Assembly (NCBI RefSeq): GCF_000015225.1
Contig: NC_008698.1
Span: forward strand, 1,560,001 to 1,592,000
DNA: 32,000 bases
DNA from: Thermofilum pendens Hrk 5
GTDB lineage: Archaea > Thermoproteota > Thermoprotei > Thermofilales > Thermofilaceae
Reading direction: 5' to 3'
This document shows positions 21,804 to 29,276 of this stretch, in pieces. Both the position numbers and the translations under genes were made by a program. The notes beneath the pieces were generated by a model. The model searched no databases, was not told the origin of the DNA, and was given only the letters and a program-made list of their open reading frames with translations. Position 1 is the stretch's first letter. Every line of letters starts with the position of its first letter.

Positions 21804-22728
21804 CCCTATCCCTTGGAACCGGTTCCTCTGCTCTACACTTCTCGGTCGCGAAGGGGCACCTCGGGTGGAACCTGCAGCCCCTCGGGGGGTTCCTCATGTC
21901 GGGAGGGTCCCCGGGTATCGGCTTAACCTCCCTCGATCCGCCTATGCTCGGCACAGCCGCCAGCAAAGCCTTTGTGTACGGGTGGAGGGGGTCCCCCACG
22001 ACCTCGCCCGTGCTTCCCAGCTCGACGAGCTTCCCGGCGTACATGACCGCCACCCTGTCGGCAAGCTCGGCGACTAGCCCCATGTTGTGCGTTATGAAGA
22101 GTATGGACGTGTCGTACTCCTTCTTGACCTCCCTCAGTAGGTCCATTATCTGGGCCTCCACGAGGGCGTCCAGCGCGGTCGTTATCTCGTCCGCTACTAC
22201 CAGCTTGGGGTTCAGCGCCAGTGCGAGCCCTATCGCTACTCTCTGCCTCTGCCCCCCGCTCAGCTGGTGGGGGTAGTCGGAGAGCCTCTCCCTCGGGACG
22301 CCCATCCTCTCGAGGATGTCCCCCGCCCTGCGCAGGGCCTCCTCCCTGGAGTACCCGTAGCCGTGCTCCTCGAATAGCTCCACGAAGTGGTCCCCTATCC
22401 GCATCACGGGGTTAAGGGAGGAGTAGGGGTCCTGGAACACTATCGAGATCTCCCTCCCCCTTATCCTCCTGAGCTCCTCCTCCCCCAGCTTCAGGAGGTC
22501 GGCGCCGTTGTAGAGCACTTGCCCCCTCTCGACCCTGGCGTACCTGGGCAGTAGCCTCAGGATCGCTAGCCCCAGCGTGCTCTTCCCGGACCCGCTCTCG
22601 CCGACCACGCCCAGCACCTCCCCCGGGTTCACGGAGAGCGTTACCCCGCCGAGCGCCTCGACCTCGCCCTGCCTCGTAGCGTACTTCACGACGAGGTCCC
22701 TGACTTCGAGGAGGCTCATGCCTGCCAC
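21772..22728 (-). CDS. Opp/Dpp-type ABC transporter ATP-binding protein (OppD/DppD-like)
   Basis: Walker A GESGSGKST, signature LSGGQRQRVAIGLAL, Walker B LVVADEITTALD, and the C-terminal HPYTKALL...GCRFHPRCPFATEKC. Confidence 0.9.
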   Translation of the reverse strand: MAGMSLLEVRDLVVKYATRQGEVEALGGVTLSVNPGEVLGVVGESGSGKSTLGLAILRLLPRYARVERGQVLYNGADLLKLGEEELRRIRGREISIVFQDPYSSLNPVMRIGDHFVELFEEHGYGYSREEALRRAGDILERMGVPRERLSDYPHQLSGGQRQRVAIGLALALNPKLVVADEITTALDALVEAQIMDLLREVKKEYDTSILFITHNMGLVAELADRVAVMYAGKLVELGSTGEVVGDPLHPYTKALLAAVPSIGGSREVKPIPGDPPDMRNPPRGCRFHPRCPFATEKCRAEEPVPRDRGGRIVACHYA

Positions 22729-23597
22729 CTCTTCGGGTTAAGCATCTCGTTTAGCCCCTCGCCGAGGAGGAGGAAGCCGAGCACCGTGACGACTATCGCG
22801 AGGCCCGGGAACACGCCTATCCACCAGTAGCCCGCCAGGAAGAACTGCCTGCCCTTGTTGAGGTCGAAGCCCCAGTCCGGCGTGGGAGGCTCTATGCCCA
22901 GCCCGAGGAACGAGAGCCCAGCCTCCGTTATGATCGCGTCCGCGAAGGTTATGGGGAGCAGGGAGGCTATGGCTGGGAAGGTGTTCGGCATTATCTGCCT
23001 CAAGGCCACGTCGAGGGGGCCCGCCCCGGCGACCCTCGCCGCCTCTACGAAGGGGGCCGACTTGAGGGAGAGAACCTGCCCCCTCACCATGCGGAAGTAC
23101 GACGGGATGTAGGCTACCGCTATCGCCATCGACATGTTCACAACCCCCGTCCCGAGGAGGGCCGCCAGCGCGATGGCGACTATAAGGCCGGGTAGCGAGT
23201 AGAGGCTGTCCATGACGAGCGAGAGGGCCCGGTCCAGCAACCCGCCCACGTAGCCGGAGAGGAGGCCCAGGAGCACGCCGACGAGCGCGGAGACCGCCGT
23301 GCTGAGGAAGGCGACCGCCAGCACGAACCTCGCGCCCGCGAGGAGCCTGCTGAAGACGTCCCTGCCCAGCTGATCCGTCCCCATGAGGAAGACCACCGTC
23401 CTGGAGCCAAGCCTGACCTCCGAGAGGGGCGGGAGGAGCGGGGGAACCTCGTAGACCTTCCCGTCTACGACGAGGTAGCTCTCGGTCGCGTTGCCCGGGG
23501 CGAGGGCCTCCCCTAGGACCGCGAGGAGAGCCACGAGCGACGTGAGAACTGCCCCCGCGAGGATGCACCACTCCCCGAAGGTTTTCGGGCGCCTCAC
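22716..23597 (-). CDS. Opp/Dpp-type ABC transporter permease (OppC/DppC-like)
   Basis: I start it at GTG 23597, which forms a GTGA overlap with the stop of the upstream permease at 23594-23596, giving (M)RRPKTFGEWCILAGAVLTSLVALLAV... of 293 aa. It has the DQLGRDVFSRLL motif and the EAA-type loop FVEAARVAGAGPLDVALRQIMPN. The track's 384-aa version adds an Arg/Pro/Gly-rich extension that overlaps the upstream gene. Confidence 0.85.
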   Translation of the reverse strand: MRRPKTFGEWCILAGAVLTSLVALLAVLGEALAPGNATESYLVVDGKVYEVPPLLPPLSEVRLGSRTVVFLMGTDQLGRDVFSRLLAGARFVLAVAFLSTAVSALVGVLLGLLSGYVGGLLDRALSLVMDSLYSLPGLIVAIALAALLGTGVVNMSMAIAVAYIPSYFRMVRGQVLSLKSAPFVEAARVAGAGPLDVALRQIMPNTFPAIASLLPITFADAIITEAGLSFLGLGIEPPTPDWGFDLNKGRQFFLAGYWWIGVFPGLAIVVTVLGFLLLGEGLNEMLNPKRWQA

Positions 23598-24619
23598 TCG
23601 TACCTCACCCTGGGGTCTACGTAGGCGTACAGTACGTCCACGACTAGGCTCGTCAGGGTGACGAGGACGGCGTATATGGTGACCGCTCCCTGCACGATCG
23701 CGTAGTCCCGCTTGAGTATCCCCTCGTACACCAGGAGCCCCACCCCCTCCCAGTTGAACGTCGTCTCGGTGAGGACGGCGCCCCCGAGGAGGGCGGCTAC
23801 CTGTAGCCCCGTCATCGTCAGTATCGGGATGAGGGCGTTCCTCAGGCCGTACCTCTTGACGACCGTCCACTCCCTGATCCCCCTGCCCCTCGCCGCCTGG
23901 GTGTAGTCCTGGGACATAGCGTCTTCGACCGAGAGGTACGTTACGCGCGAGAAGACCCCCGAGAGGTACACCCCGAGGGTGAGGGCTGGCAGGCTTATGT
24001 GCGCCAGGTAGTCCAGGAGTATGTCCAGCCTGCCGGCCGCTAAGGAGTCGATGAACACGAAGCCCGTCCTCACCGGTAGGCTGTCGACAGCGACCATGTT
24101 GACCGGGCTCAGGCGCCCCGTCGTCGGGAAGCCGAGGGGCTTCGCGAGGTAGGCCTGGAGGAGTAGGCCGAGGTAGAACACCGGGACCGAGTAGACCACC
24201 GAGGAGTAGAACCTCGCGAAGTACTGTACCCCGGTGTACTGGTACCTCGCCGAGAGGAGGCCCAGGGCGATGCCCAGAGCCGCGGCGATCAGCGTGGCCG
24301 CCACCGTTAGCTCTATGGTCGCCGGCAACCGCGAGGCTACGAGGTAGGCCACCGGTATCCTCTCAAGGGCCGTTTCGCCGAGGTCGCGCTTGACGAAGAG
24401 GGAGTAGAGGTAGTCGAAGTACTGCACGTACAGCGGCTTGTCGAGACCCAGCTCGGCCCTGCGTCTGGCGAGCACCTCCTCCGGGATGTTCTTCCCCTCC
24501 AGCATCGTTATCGGGTCTCCGGGGAGGACCCTCATGAGTATGAAAACGAAGGAGAGAAGGACGAAGAGCATCACGGGGGTCAACAATACCCTGTAAAGAA
24601 CATATTCTTTTAGGCCCAT
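23594..24619 (-). CDS. Opp/Dpp-type ABC transporter permease (OppB/DppB-like)
   Basis: The N-terminus MGLKEYVLYRVLLTPVMLFVLLSFVFILMRVLPGDP is typical of OppB/DppB. It also has the QDYTQAARGRGIREWTVVKRYGLRNALIP EAA loop and the C-terminal DVLYAYVDPRVRY. Confidence 0.9.
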   Translation of the reverse strand: MGLKEYVLYRVLLTPVMLFVLLSFVFILMRVLPGDPITMLEGKNIPEEVLARRRAELGLDKPLYVQYFDYLYSLFVKRDLGETALERIPVAYLVASRLPATIELTVAATLIAAALGIALGLLSARYQYTGVQYFARFYSSVVYSVPVFYLGLLLQAYLAKPLGFPTTGRLSPVNMVAVDSLPVRTGFVFIDSLAAGRLDILLDYLAHISLPALTLGVYLSGVFSRVTYLSVEDAMSQDYTQAARGRGIREWTVVKRYGLRNALIPILTMTGLQVAALLGGAVLTETTFNWEGVGLLVYEGILKRDYAIVQGAVTIYAVLVTLTSLVVDVLYAYVDPRVRYE

Positions 24620-24636
24620 CCCGGCGGCACCTAGGG

Positions 24637-26226
24637 CTAGCCCTGCACTTCGGCGTATATGAGGTAGTACCTGAATATCTGGGAGTAGTCCAGCACTATC
24701 CCCTTCACGTTCTTCTGTGCGACAGCGAACTGACCCTCCTGCCAGAGCGGGATTATCGGCGCATCGTCGGCGACTATGTCCTGTATCTGCGCGAGGGTCT
24801 TAATCCTCTCCTCCGTCGGCTGCAAGACCTGCTTGTCTATCAGCTCGTCCACGACGGGGTTCTTGTAGTTCACGTGAAGCCAGCCGTTAGCCCCGGAGTG
24901 GTAGAAAGGCCTCACGTAGTTGTCCGAGTCGAGGAAGTCCGGGAACCACCCGAGCAGCCAGACGGCTATCTTCTCCTGCTTGAAGAGAGACCTGTACGTA
25001 GCCCAGTCGGCGCTCTTCAGCTCTACCTTTATCATCCCGCTGGCCTCGAGGTTCTGCTTTATTATGGCGGCTATGTCCGGCTCGGCAGGCGTGTACCTCA
25101 CCGGCGTGAACCAGAGCTCCATTTTGAGCGGGTTGGACTCGCTGAAGCCCGCCTGCCTTAACAGCTGCCTCGCCGCCTCGACGTTAGGCTTGTCGCCGTA
25201 CCTCTCCTTGAAGCTGTCCTTGTGGCCTATGAAGCCTATGGGGACCATGCTGTAGAGCGGCTGGGCGAATGTCCCCATGAACACGGTGTTCACTATCTGG
25301 TTCCTGTCTATCAGGTAGGCTATGGCCTGCCTCACCCTCTTGTCGTTGAAGGGCTCCTTCTTCACGTTGAAGACGAGGTACCTTATGGGGGCTATGCCCG
25401 GCCCGCTTACGACCTGGAGCTGGCCCTTGGCGATTATGTCCTTAACGTCCGCAGGCGAGAGCGTCCTGAACGCGACGTCCACCTCCCCGTTCTCCACGGC
25501 CAGCCTGAGGGACTGGGCGTCCTTGTAGAAGCGGATTATAATCCTCTCGGTTTTAGGCTTCTCGCCGTAGTAGTTCGGGTTCGCTACGAGCTCGATGTAC
25601 TCGCCGGGCTTCCAGCTCGCGAGCTTGTACGGCCCTATCATGTCCACGGTGTTGGGAGGCTTGACCACCTCCATCGGCGTGGTTTTCGGGTTCACGGGGA
25701 AGGCTACCCACGTAGCTAGCAGCGACTTCACGTAGGTCTCCTCGAAGGGTTGTTTCAGGTACACGCGTATAGTGTCGTCGGACACCGCCTCTGCCTTCTC
25801 TATGAGGTCGGCTATCAGGAAAGCTGGGTCCTGGTTCAGCTTTATCGTCCTCTCCCAGGACCAGACCACGGCTTGCGCGGTGAGGGGGGTTCCGTCCTGG
25901 AACTTCGCGTCCCTCCTGATCTTTATCTCCCAGACCTTCCTGTCCGGGCTGATCGTATAGCTCACGGCGAGCTTGTTCACTATCTTGGCTGTGCCGGGCT
26001 CGTAGCCGAAGAGACCTTCACCCATGTTCTGGATTATGTTTACGCCGAGGTAGTCGTAGGCCTCGCACGGGTCGAGCGTTGTCTGCACGGAGTCCGTGGT
26101 ACCTATCACTATCACGTTCTTGTACTTCGGAGGCTTGGGCGCCAGCGCGACGTAGGCGGCGACGACCGCTACCAGAGCGACGACCGCTACCGCTACAGCC
26201 TTTTTACCTAGTTTGGGTACCGGCAT
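24637..26226 (-). CDS. Extracellular solute-binding protein, family 5 (Opp/Dpp-type; peptide or oligosaccharide ligand)
   Basis: I start it at ATG 26226: MPVPKLGKKAVAVAVVALVAVVAAYVALAPKPP (charged N-terminus plus membrane anchor). The 529-aa body has a family-5 pattern (..YKLASWKPGEYIELVANPNYYG.., ..VRQAIAYLIDR.., ..GWFPDFLDSDNY..). The track's TTG start at 26271 lies inside the promoter palindrome. Confidence 0.85.
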   Translation of the reverse strand: MPVPKLGKKAVAVAVVALVAVVAAYVALAPKPPKYKNVIVIGTTDSVQTTLDPCEAYDYLGVNIIQNMGEGLFGYEPGTAKIVNKLAVSYTISPDRKVWEIKIRRDAKFQDGTPLTAQAVVWSWERTIKLNQDPAFLIADLIEKAEAVSDDTIRVYLKQPFEETYVKSLLATWVAFPVNPKTTPMEVVKPPNTVDMIGPYKLASWKPGEYIELVANPNYYGEKPKTERIIIRFYKDAQSLRLAVENGEVDVAFRTLSPADVKDIIAKGQLQVVSGPGIAPIRYLVFNVKKEPFNDKRVRQAIAYLIDRNQIVNTVFMGTFAQPLYSMVPIGFIGHKDSFKERYGDKPNVEAARQLLRQAGFSESNPLKMELWFTPVRYTPAEPDIAAIIKQNLEASGMIKVELKSADWATYRSLFKQEKIAVWLLGWFPDFLDSDNYVRPFYHSGANGWLHVNYKNPVVDELIDKQVLQPTEERIKTLAQIQDIVADDAPIIPLWQEGQFAVAQKNVKGIVLDYSQIFRYYLIYAEVQG

Positions 26227-26252
26227 GTTGGAATGTCGAGGGTTCTGGCGCC

Positions 26253-26287
26253 TATTTAACGGTAGCCCCAATTTTTACGTAAAAATT
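26253..26287 (-). promoter_or_regulatory. Opp-type operon promoter: TATA box plus perfect 18-bp palindrome
   Basis: The minus-strand TTAAATA (plus-strand coordinates 26253-26259) is centred about 30 nt upstream of ATG 26226. Immediately upstream is the perfect palindrome AATTTTTACGTAAAAATT at 26270-26287. Confidence 0.4.
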
Positions 26288-26355
26288 TCAATAGACAAAA
26301 AGCCTGCACCCCTCACCAGCCGCCGCGCCGTTGAAACTTTTCCCGAAAACAGGCC

Positions 26356-26385
26356 GGAGAAAAGCGCGTCAGCTCGTCGCGAGCT
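26356..26385 (-). terminator. Hairpin plus T-tract downstream of the MFS gene (terminator-like)
   Basis: On the minus strand, the AGCTCG-CGA-CGAGCT perfect 6-bp stem (26371-26385) is followed by GACGCGCTTTTCTCC. A second T-rich inverted repeat, TTTTC-GG-GAAAA, follows further downstream on the minus strand (26337-26348). Confidence 0.3.
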
Positions 26386-26460
26386 AGTCATCTATCCTTC
26401 TACTGGGACGGCGTCATCATCCTAGCTAGAAAGCTGCCAGGGGTATATACGCGTTGTGTG

Positions 26461-27633
26461 TCAGGAAGCCTTGCTCTGCGCGAGGTGCGGTTTCAGGAGG
26501 GTGTACAGCAGGGCTGTCTGGACGGCGTACACAGCGGAGGTGAGGTAGATCGGGAGGTCTATCTGCACGTCCATGAGGTAGCCGCCGATGGCTGAGCCGA
26601 TGCTACCCGGGAGCTGGAACGCCAGCGTGAGTAGCATGCTTAGCCTCGCCCTCTCCCCCTCTTCGACGAGACTCATCTGGAGGGCTGAGAGCAGGGGGTT
26701 GGCGGCGTTCATCAGCATGCTACGCGCCGTGAAGAAGGCGGCGGCGTAGACGAAGCTGGGCGAGAGGGCCGTTGCCGCGAGTAGGGGCACGCTGGCCAGC
26801 TGGAAAGCTACGACTGCGCCGAGGGTGCCGAGCCTCCTCGAAGCGAGGGGGGCGAGGAGGGTCGCGGCGGCGAGCAGGGCGTTCTCCGCTACTCCTCGGA
26901 TGCCCAGCTCGAAGGCTTCGACGCCGAACTTCTTCGAGAAGTAGTAGCCCGAGTTCCAGACGCCGATCCCGGCGCCGAGGCCCGTCAGGGCGGCGAGCAG
27001 GGCGAGTTCCAGGGATACCTTCGAGAACGATAGTCTTAACCCATTCCTGGGCCCGGGCCTGTACTCTTCCCGCACCCCGAGGAGGGGGACTAGCCCGGCT
27101 AGGAGCCCGAGGTATGCGTAGAGGATCATGGACCTGTACGCGGAGACTCTGTCCGCGGCGCCGAGCGACGGGTAAGCCGCGGCTACGAGCATCCCCGCTG
27201 ACGACGACACGAGCGAGAGAACCTGGAGGGCGGTGAAAGCTTTCTCCATTACTTCACGCCTACCGGCCGAGTCGGCGACGAGGGGGTTGAGGGAGACGAC
27301 GGCCATGGAGTTCGCGAGGCCGTTGAGCAGGTAGGCGGCGAATACTGCCGCCTTGTTCGCGGAGTACAACGCGAGGCCTGCGGGAAGAGCGAGAGCGAAG
27401 GCGGCGATAGCCAGGGGCTTTCTCCCCTTGAGGTCCGCCACGTAGGAGAATGGTACCATGCCGGCGATCATCGCTAGGTTCATCACGGCCAGTAGTAGCC
27501 CTGCCTCCGCGCCCGTAAAGCCTAGGTGAAGGAGGTAGGGGGGCATGACTACCGCTAGTAGCCCGTTAGCCAGCGAGAAGATCACATACAACGCGGCGAG
27601 GAGCTTTAGGTTGGTGTTAAGCTCGCTCAACAT
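26461..27633 (-). CDS. Major facilitator superfamily (MFS) transporter, substrate unknown
   Basis: 390 aa, with about 12 hydrophobic helices and the MFS loop motif YVADLKGRKPL between TM2 and TM3. Confidence 0.8.
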   Translation of the reverse strand: MLSELNTNLKLLAALYVIFSLANGLLAVVMPPYLLHLGFTGAEAGLLLAVMNLAMIAGMVPFSYVADLKGRKPLAIAAFALALPAGLALYSANKAAVFAAYLLNGLANSMAVVSLNPLVADSAGRREVMEKAFTALQVLSLVSSSAGMLVAAAYPSLGAADRVSAYRSMILYAYLGLLAGLVPLLGVREEYRPGPRNGLRLSFSKVSLELALLAALTGLGAGIGVWNSGYYFSKKFGVEAFELGIRGVAENALLAAATLLAPLASRRLGTLGAVVAFQLASVPLLAATALSPSFVYAAAFFTARSMLMNAANPLLSALQMSLVEEGERARLSMLLTLAFQLPGSIGSAIGGYLMDVQIDLPIYLTSAVYAVQTALLYTLLKPHLAQSKAS

Positions 27634-27672
27634 GTAAATCGTTTTTTAGCTATAATTTCTGCTTTATATACT

Positions 27673-27687
27673 TTTCCCCGGGGGAAA
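27673..27687. promoter_or_regulatory. Inverted repeat TTTCCCC-G-GGGGAAA in the divergent MFS/APC promoter
   Basis: 7-bp arms with a 1-nt spacer, flanked by the TATA-like CTTTATATAC (27662-27671) and TTTTTATG (27725-27732; ATG at 27755). Confidence 0.3.
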
Positions 27688-27754
27688 GCCACCCTTCATT
27701 ACCAGTAGTAATTGCTAGAAAAGCTTTTTATGAATAGCTACCGCCGGGTAGGCT

Positions 27755-29266
27755 ATGTCTAAGCTACGGCGCGAGCTGGGGTTACTGGAGCTTGTAGGTA
27801 TCAGCGTGGGCGGGATAATAGGCTCGGGTATATTTATGATGCCTTCCCTAACCCTCTCGACGGCAGGTCTCAGCGCGTTGCTCGCCTGGATCCTCGCCGG
27901 GGTAGCGATGACCGTCGTCGCCCTGGTTTTCGCCGAGCTAGGGTCAGCCTTCGGGGATACAGGTGGGCCCTACGTCTACGCGCGGGCCGCTTTCGGGCGG
28001 ACCGTGGGCTTCCTGGTGGGCTGGGGCTACTACGTCTCCTGCGTTCTAACCGTCTCAGCCGTTACCGCGGCGTTTGTAAGCTACCTTGGCTTCTTCGTGC
28101 CGGGGCTCGTTGAGGGTCAGCGGTTAACGCCCGTAGGAGTTCTGGCGGGGCTAGCCTTCCTCTGGTTCCTCACTTTGCTGAACTACGTCGGCGTGAAGTA
28201 CGGGGGGCTCTACGCCTCCGCGACGACTCTGCTCAAGGTGTTCGCACTGGCTATCTTCGCGGCGGCGGGCCTCGCCTACCCGGAGCCCTCGCGGTTCAAC
28301 GTGCTGGAGGGGCTGGACGCCGTCTCGCTTGGGCTCGCCGTCTCCCTGGCTGTCTGGCCGTACATGGGCTTTGAGAGCGTAACGATACCGGTCGAGGAGG
28401 TGAAGAAGCCTCAGAGAGACGTACCACTCTCGATAATCCTCTCGATGGGTATCGTCACGGCGGTCTACGTGTTGATAGTGCTGTCGTTCCTGAGCCTCCT
28501 GGACTGGAAGTCGCTGGGGCTCGCGCAGGGGGACTGGGGGTCCCTGGCGAACCTCTCCTCGCCTTTATCCGACGTCGCGAGGTCGAGGGGGCTACTCGCG
28601 GTGGCAGTAGCGGTGATGCTGGGCGCGGTCTTCTCGACGGGCGGCGCCAGCGGGGTGTGGCTTCTCGACAGCGGGCGCTTCCCCTACGCCTTCTCGCAGG
28701 CGGGGGACCTTCCCAAGGTCCTCGGGAAGGTTCACGACCGCTACGGTACCCCGCACGTAGGGCTCCTGCTCTCGTCTATCGTGGCGAGCGCCGTGCTCGT
28801 ACTCCTGCCGCTCTTCCCGGCGATCGCGCTTCTCGGCGTGATGACCTCGATAGTCCCGTACGCCGTGTCGTCCCTCGGGCTCGCCGTGCTACGCGGAAGG
28901 GGCGACTACAGGCCAGCCTTCAGGAACCCCTTCGGGAAGCTCGTTGCCTACGTCTCCTTCGTTTTCTCGACACTCGTGGCGTACTGGTCCTGCTGGCCGT
29001 GGACCCTCGTAGGAGCCCTGCTGACACTCGCCGTCGTCCCCGTCTTTGCGCGCGTAGCCGGGGTGGGGCTTAGGAGGGAGGACCTCTGGTACTTCGCCTA
29101 CCTCTCGGGCTTGAGCGTCGTCTCCCTCCTCGGGGACCCGTACTTCGAGTACTACAACTTCCTCCCGGTGCACCCCCTGGGAGTCTTCAAGACCCCGGTG
29201 GACATAGCCGTCCTGGTGGTCTTCGCGTCGGCGTTCTTCTTCTACGTGGCGAGGACCCGGCGGTAG
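27755..29266 (+). CDS. Amino acid/polyamine/organocation (APC) family permease
   Basis: 503 aa. The N-terminus is LELVGISVGGIIGSGIFMMPS (the G.G.F signature of APC transporters). There are 12 or more TM segments and a FESVTIPVEEVKKPQRDVP motif. Confidence 0.85.
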   Translation: MSKLRRELGLLELVGISVGGIIGSGIFMMPSLTLSTAGLSALLAWILAGVAMTVVALVFAELGSAFGDTGGPYVYARAAFGRTVGFLVGWGYYVSCVLTVSAVTAAFVSYLGFFVPGLVEGQRLTPVGVLAGLAFLWFLTLLNYVGVKYGGLYASATTLLKVFALAIFAAAGLAYPEPSRFNVLEGLDAVSLGLAVSLAVWPYMGFESVTIPVEEVKKPQRDVPLSIILSMGIVTAVYVLIVLSFLSLLDWKSLGLAQGDWGSLANLSSPLSDVARSRGLLAVAVAVMLGAVFSTGGASGVWLLDSGRFPYAFSQAGDLPKVLGKVHDRYGTPHVGLLLSSIVASAVLVLLPLFPAIALLGVMTSIVPYAVSSLGLAVLRGRGDYRPAFRNPFGKLVAYVSFVFSTLVAYWSCWPWTLVGALLTLAVVPVFARVAGVGLRREDLWYFAYLSGLSVVSLLGDPYFEYYNFLPVHPLGVFKTPVDIAVLVVFASAFFFYVARTRR

Positions 29267-29276
29267 AAGGGGCTCT

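Noticed and set aside
21045-23571. Plus-strand ORFs 21045-21770, 21781-22077, 21896-22276 and 22221-22415, and the alternative-frame minus ORF 22738-23571 (277 aa)
   Set aside because: They overlap ABC ATPase and permease genes with canonical Walker, signature and EAA motifs, and they are low-complexity Arg/Gly/Pro translations.
23598-23870. N-terminal 91-aa extension of the DppC-like ORF (track start at 23870)
   Set aside because: The extension (MDGRQEVRPEERPHPDTDDD...) overlaps the 3' end of the upstream permease gene by about 277 nt and is not membrane-protein-like. The GTG at 23597 gives the typical GTGA stop/start overlap and a normal OppC N-terminus.
26369-26420. Possible C/D-box sRNA on the minus strand: perfect C box AUGAUGA (26414-26420), D box CUGA (26369-26372), 52 nt overall
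   Set aside because: The internal D' box (AGAA) is poor. The C'-like AGAUGA is 15 nt rather than 12 nt from the D box. No terminal stem pairs the ends. The would-be guide is itself a perfect hairpin (AGCTCG-CGA-CGAGCT) followed by a T-tract, which is better explained as the terminator of the upstream MFS gene. RNA-seq or a snoscan-type search would settle it.
24874-26425. Plus-strand ORFs inside or next to the family-5 binding-protein gene (for example 25222-25719, 25750-26211, 26213-26425), and the TTG start at 26271
   Set aside because: They are antisense artefacts. The TTG start would begin translation inside the promoter palindrome and add a non-signal-like MGLPLNRRQNPRHSN extension ahead of a good Met-plus-anchor N-terminus.
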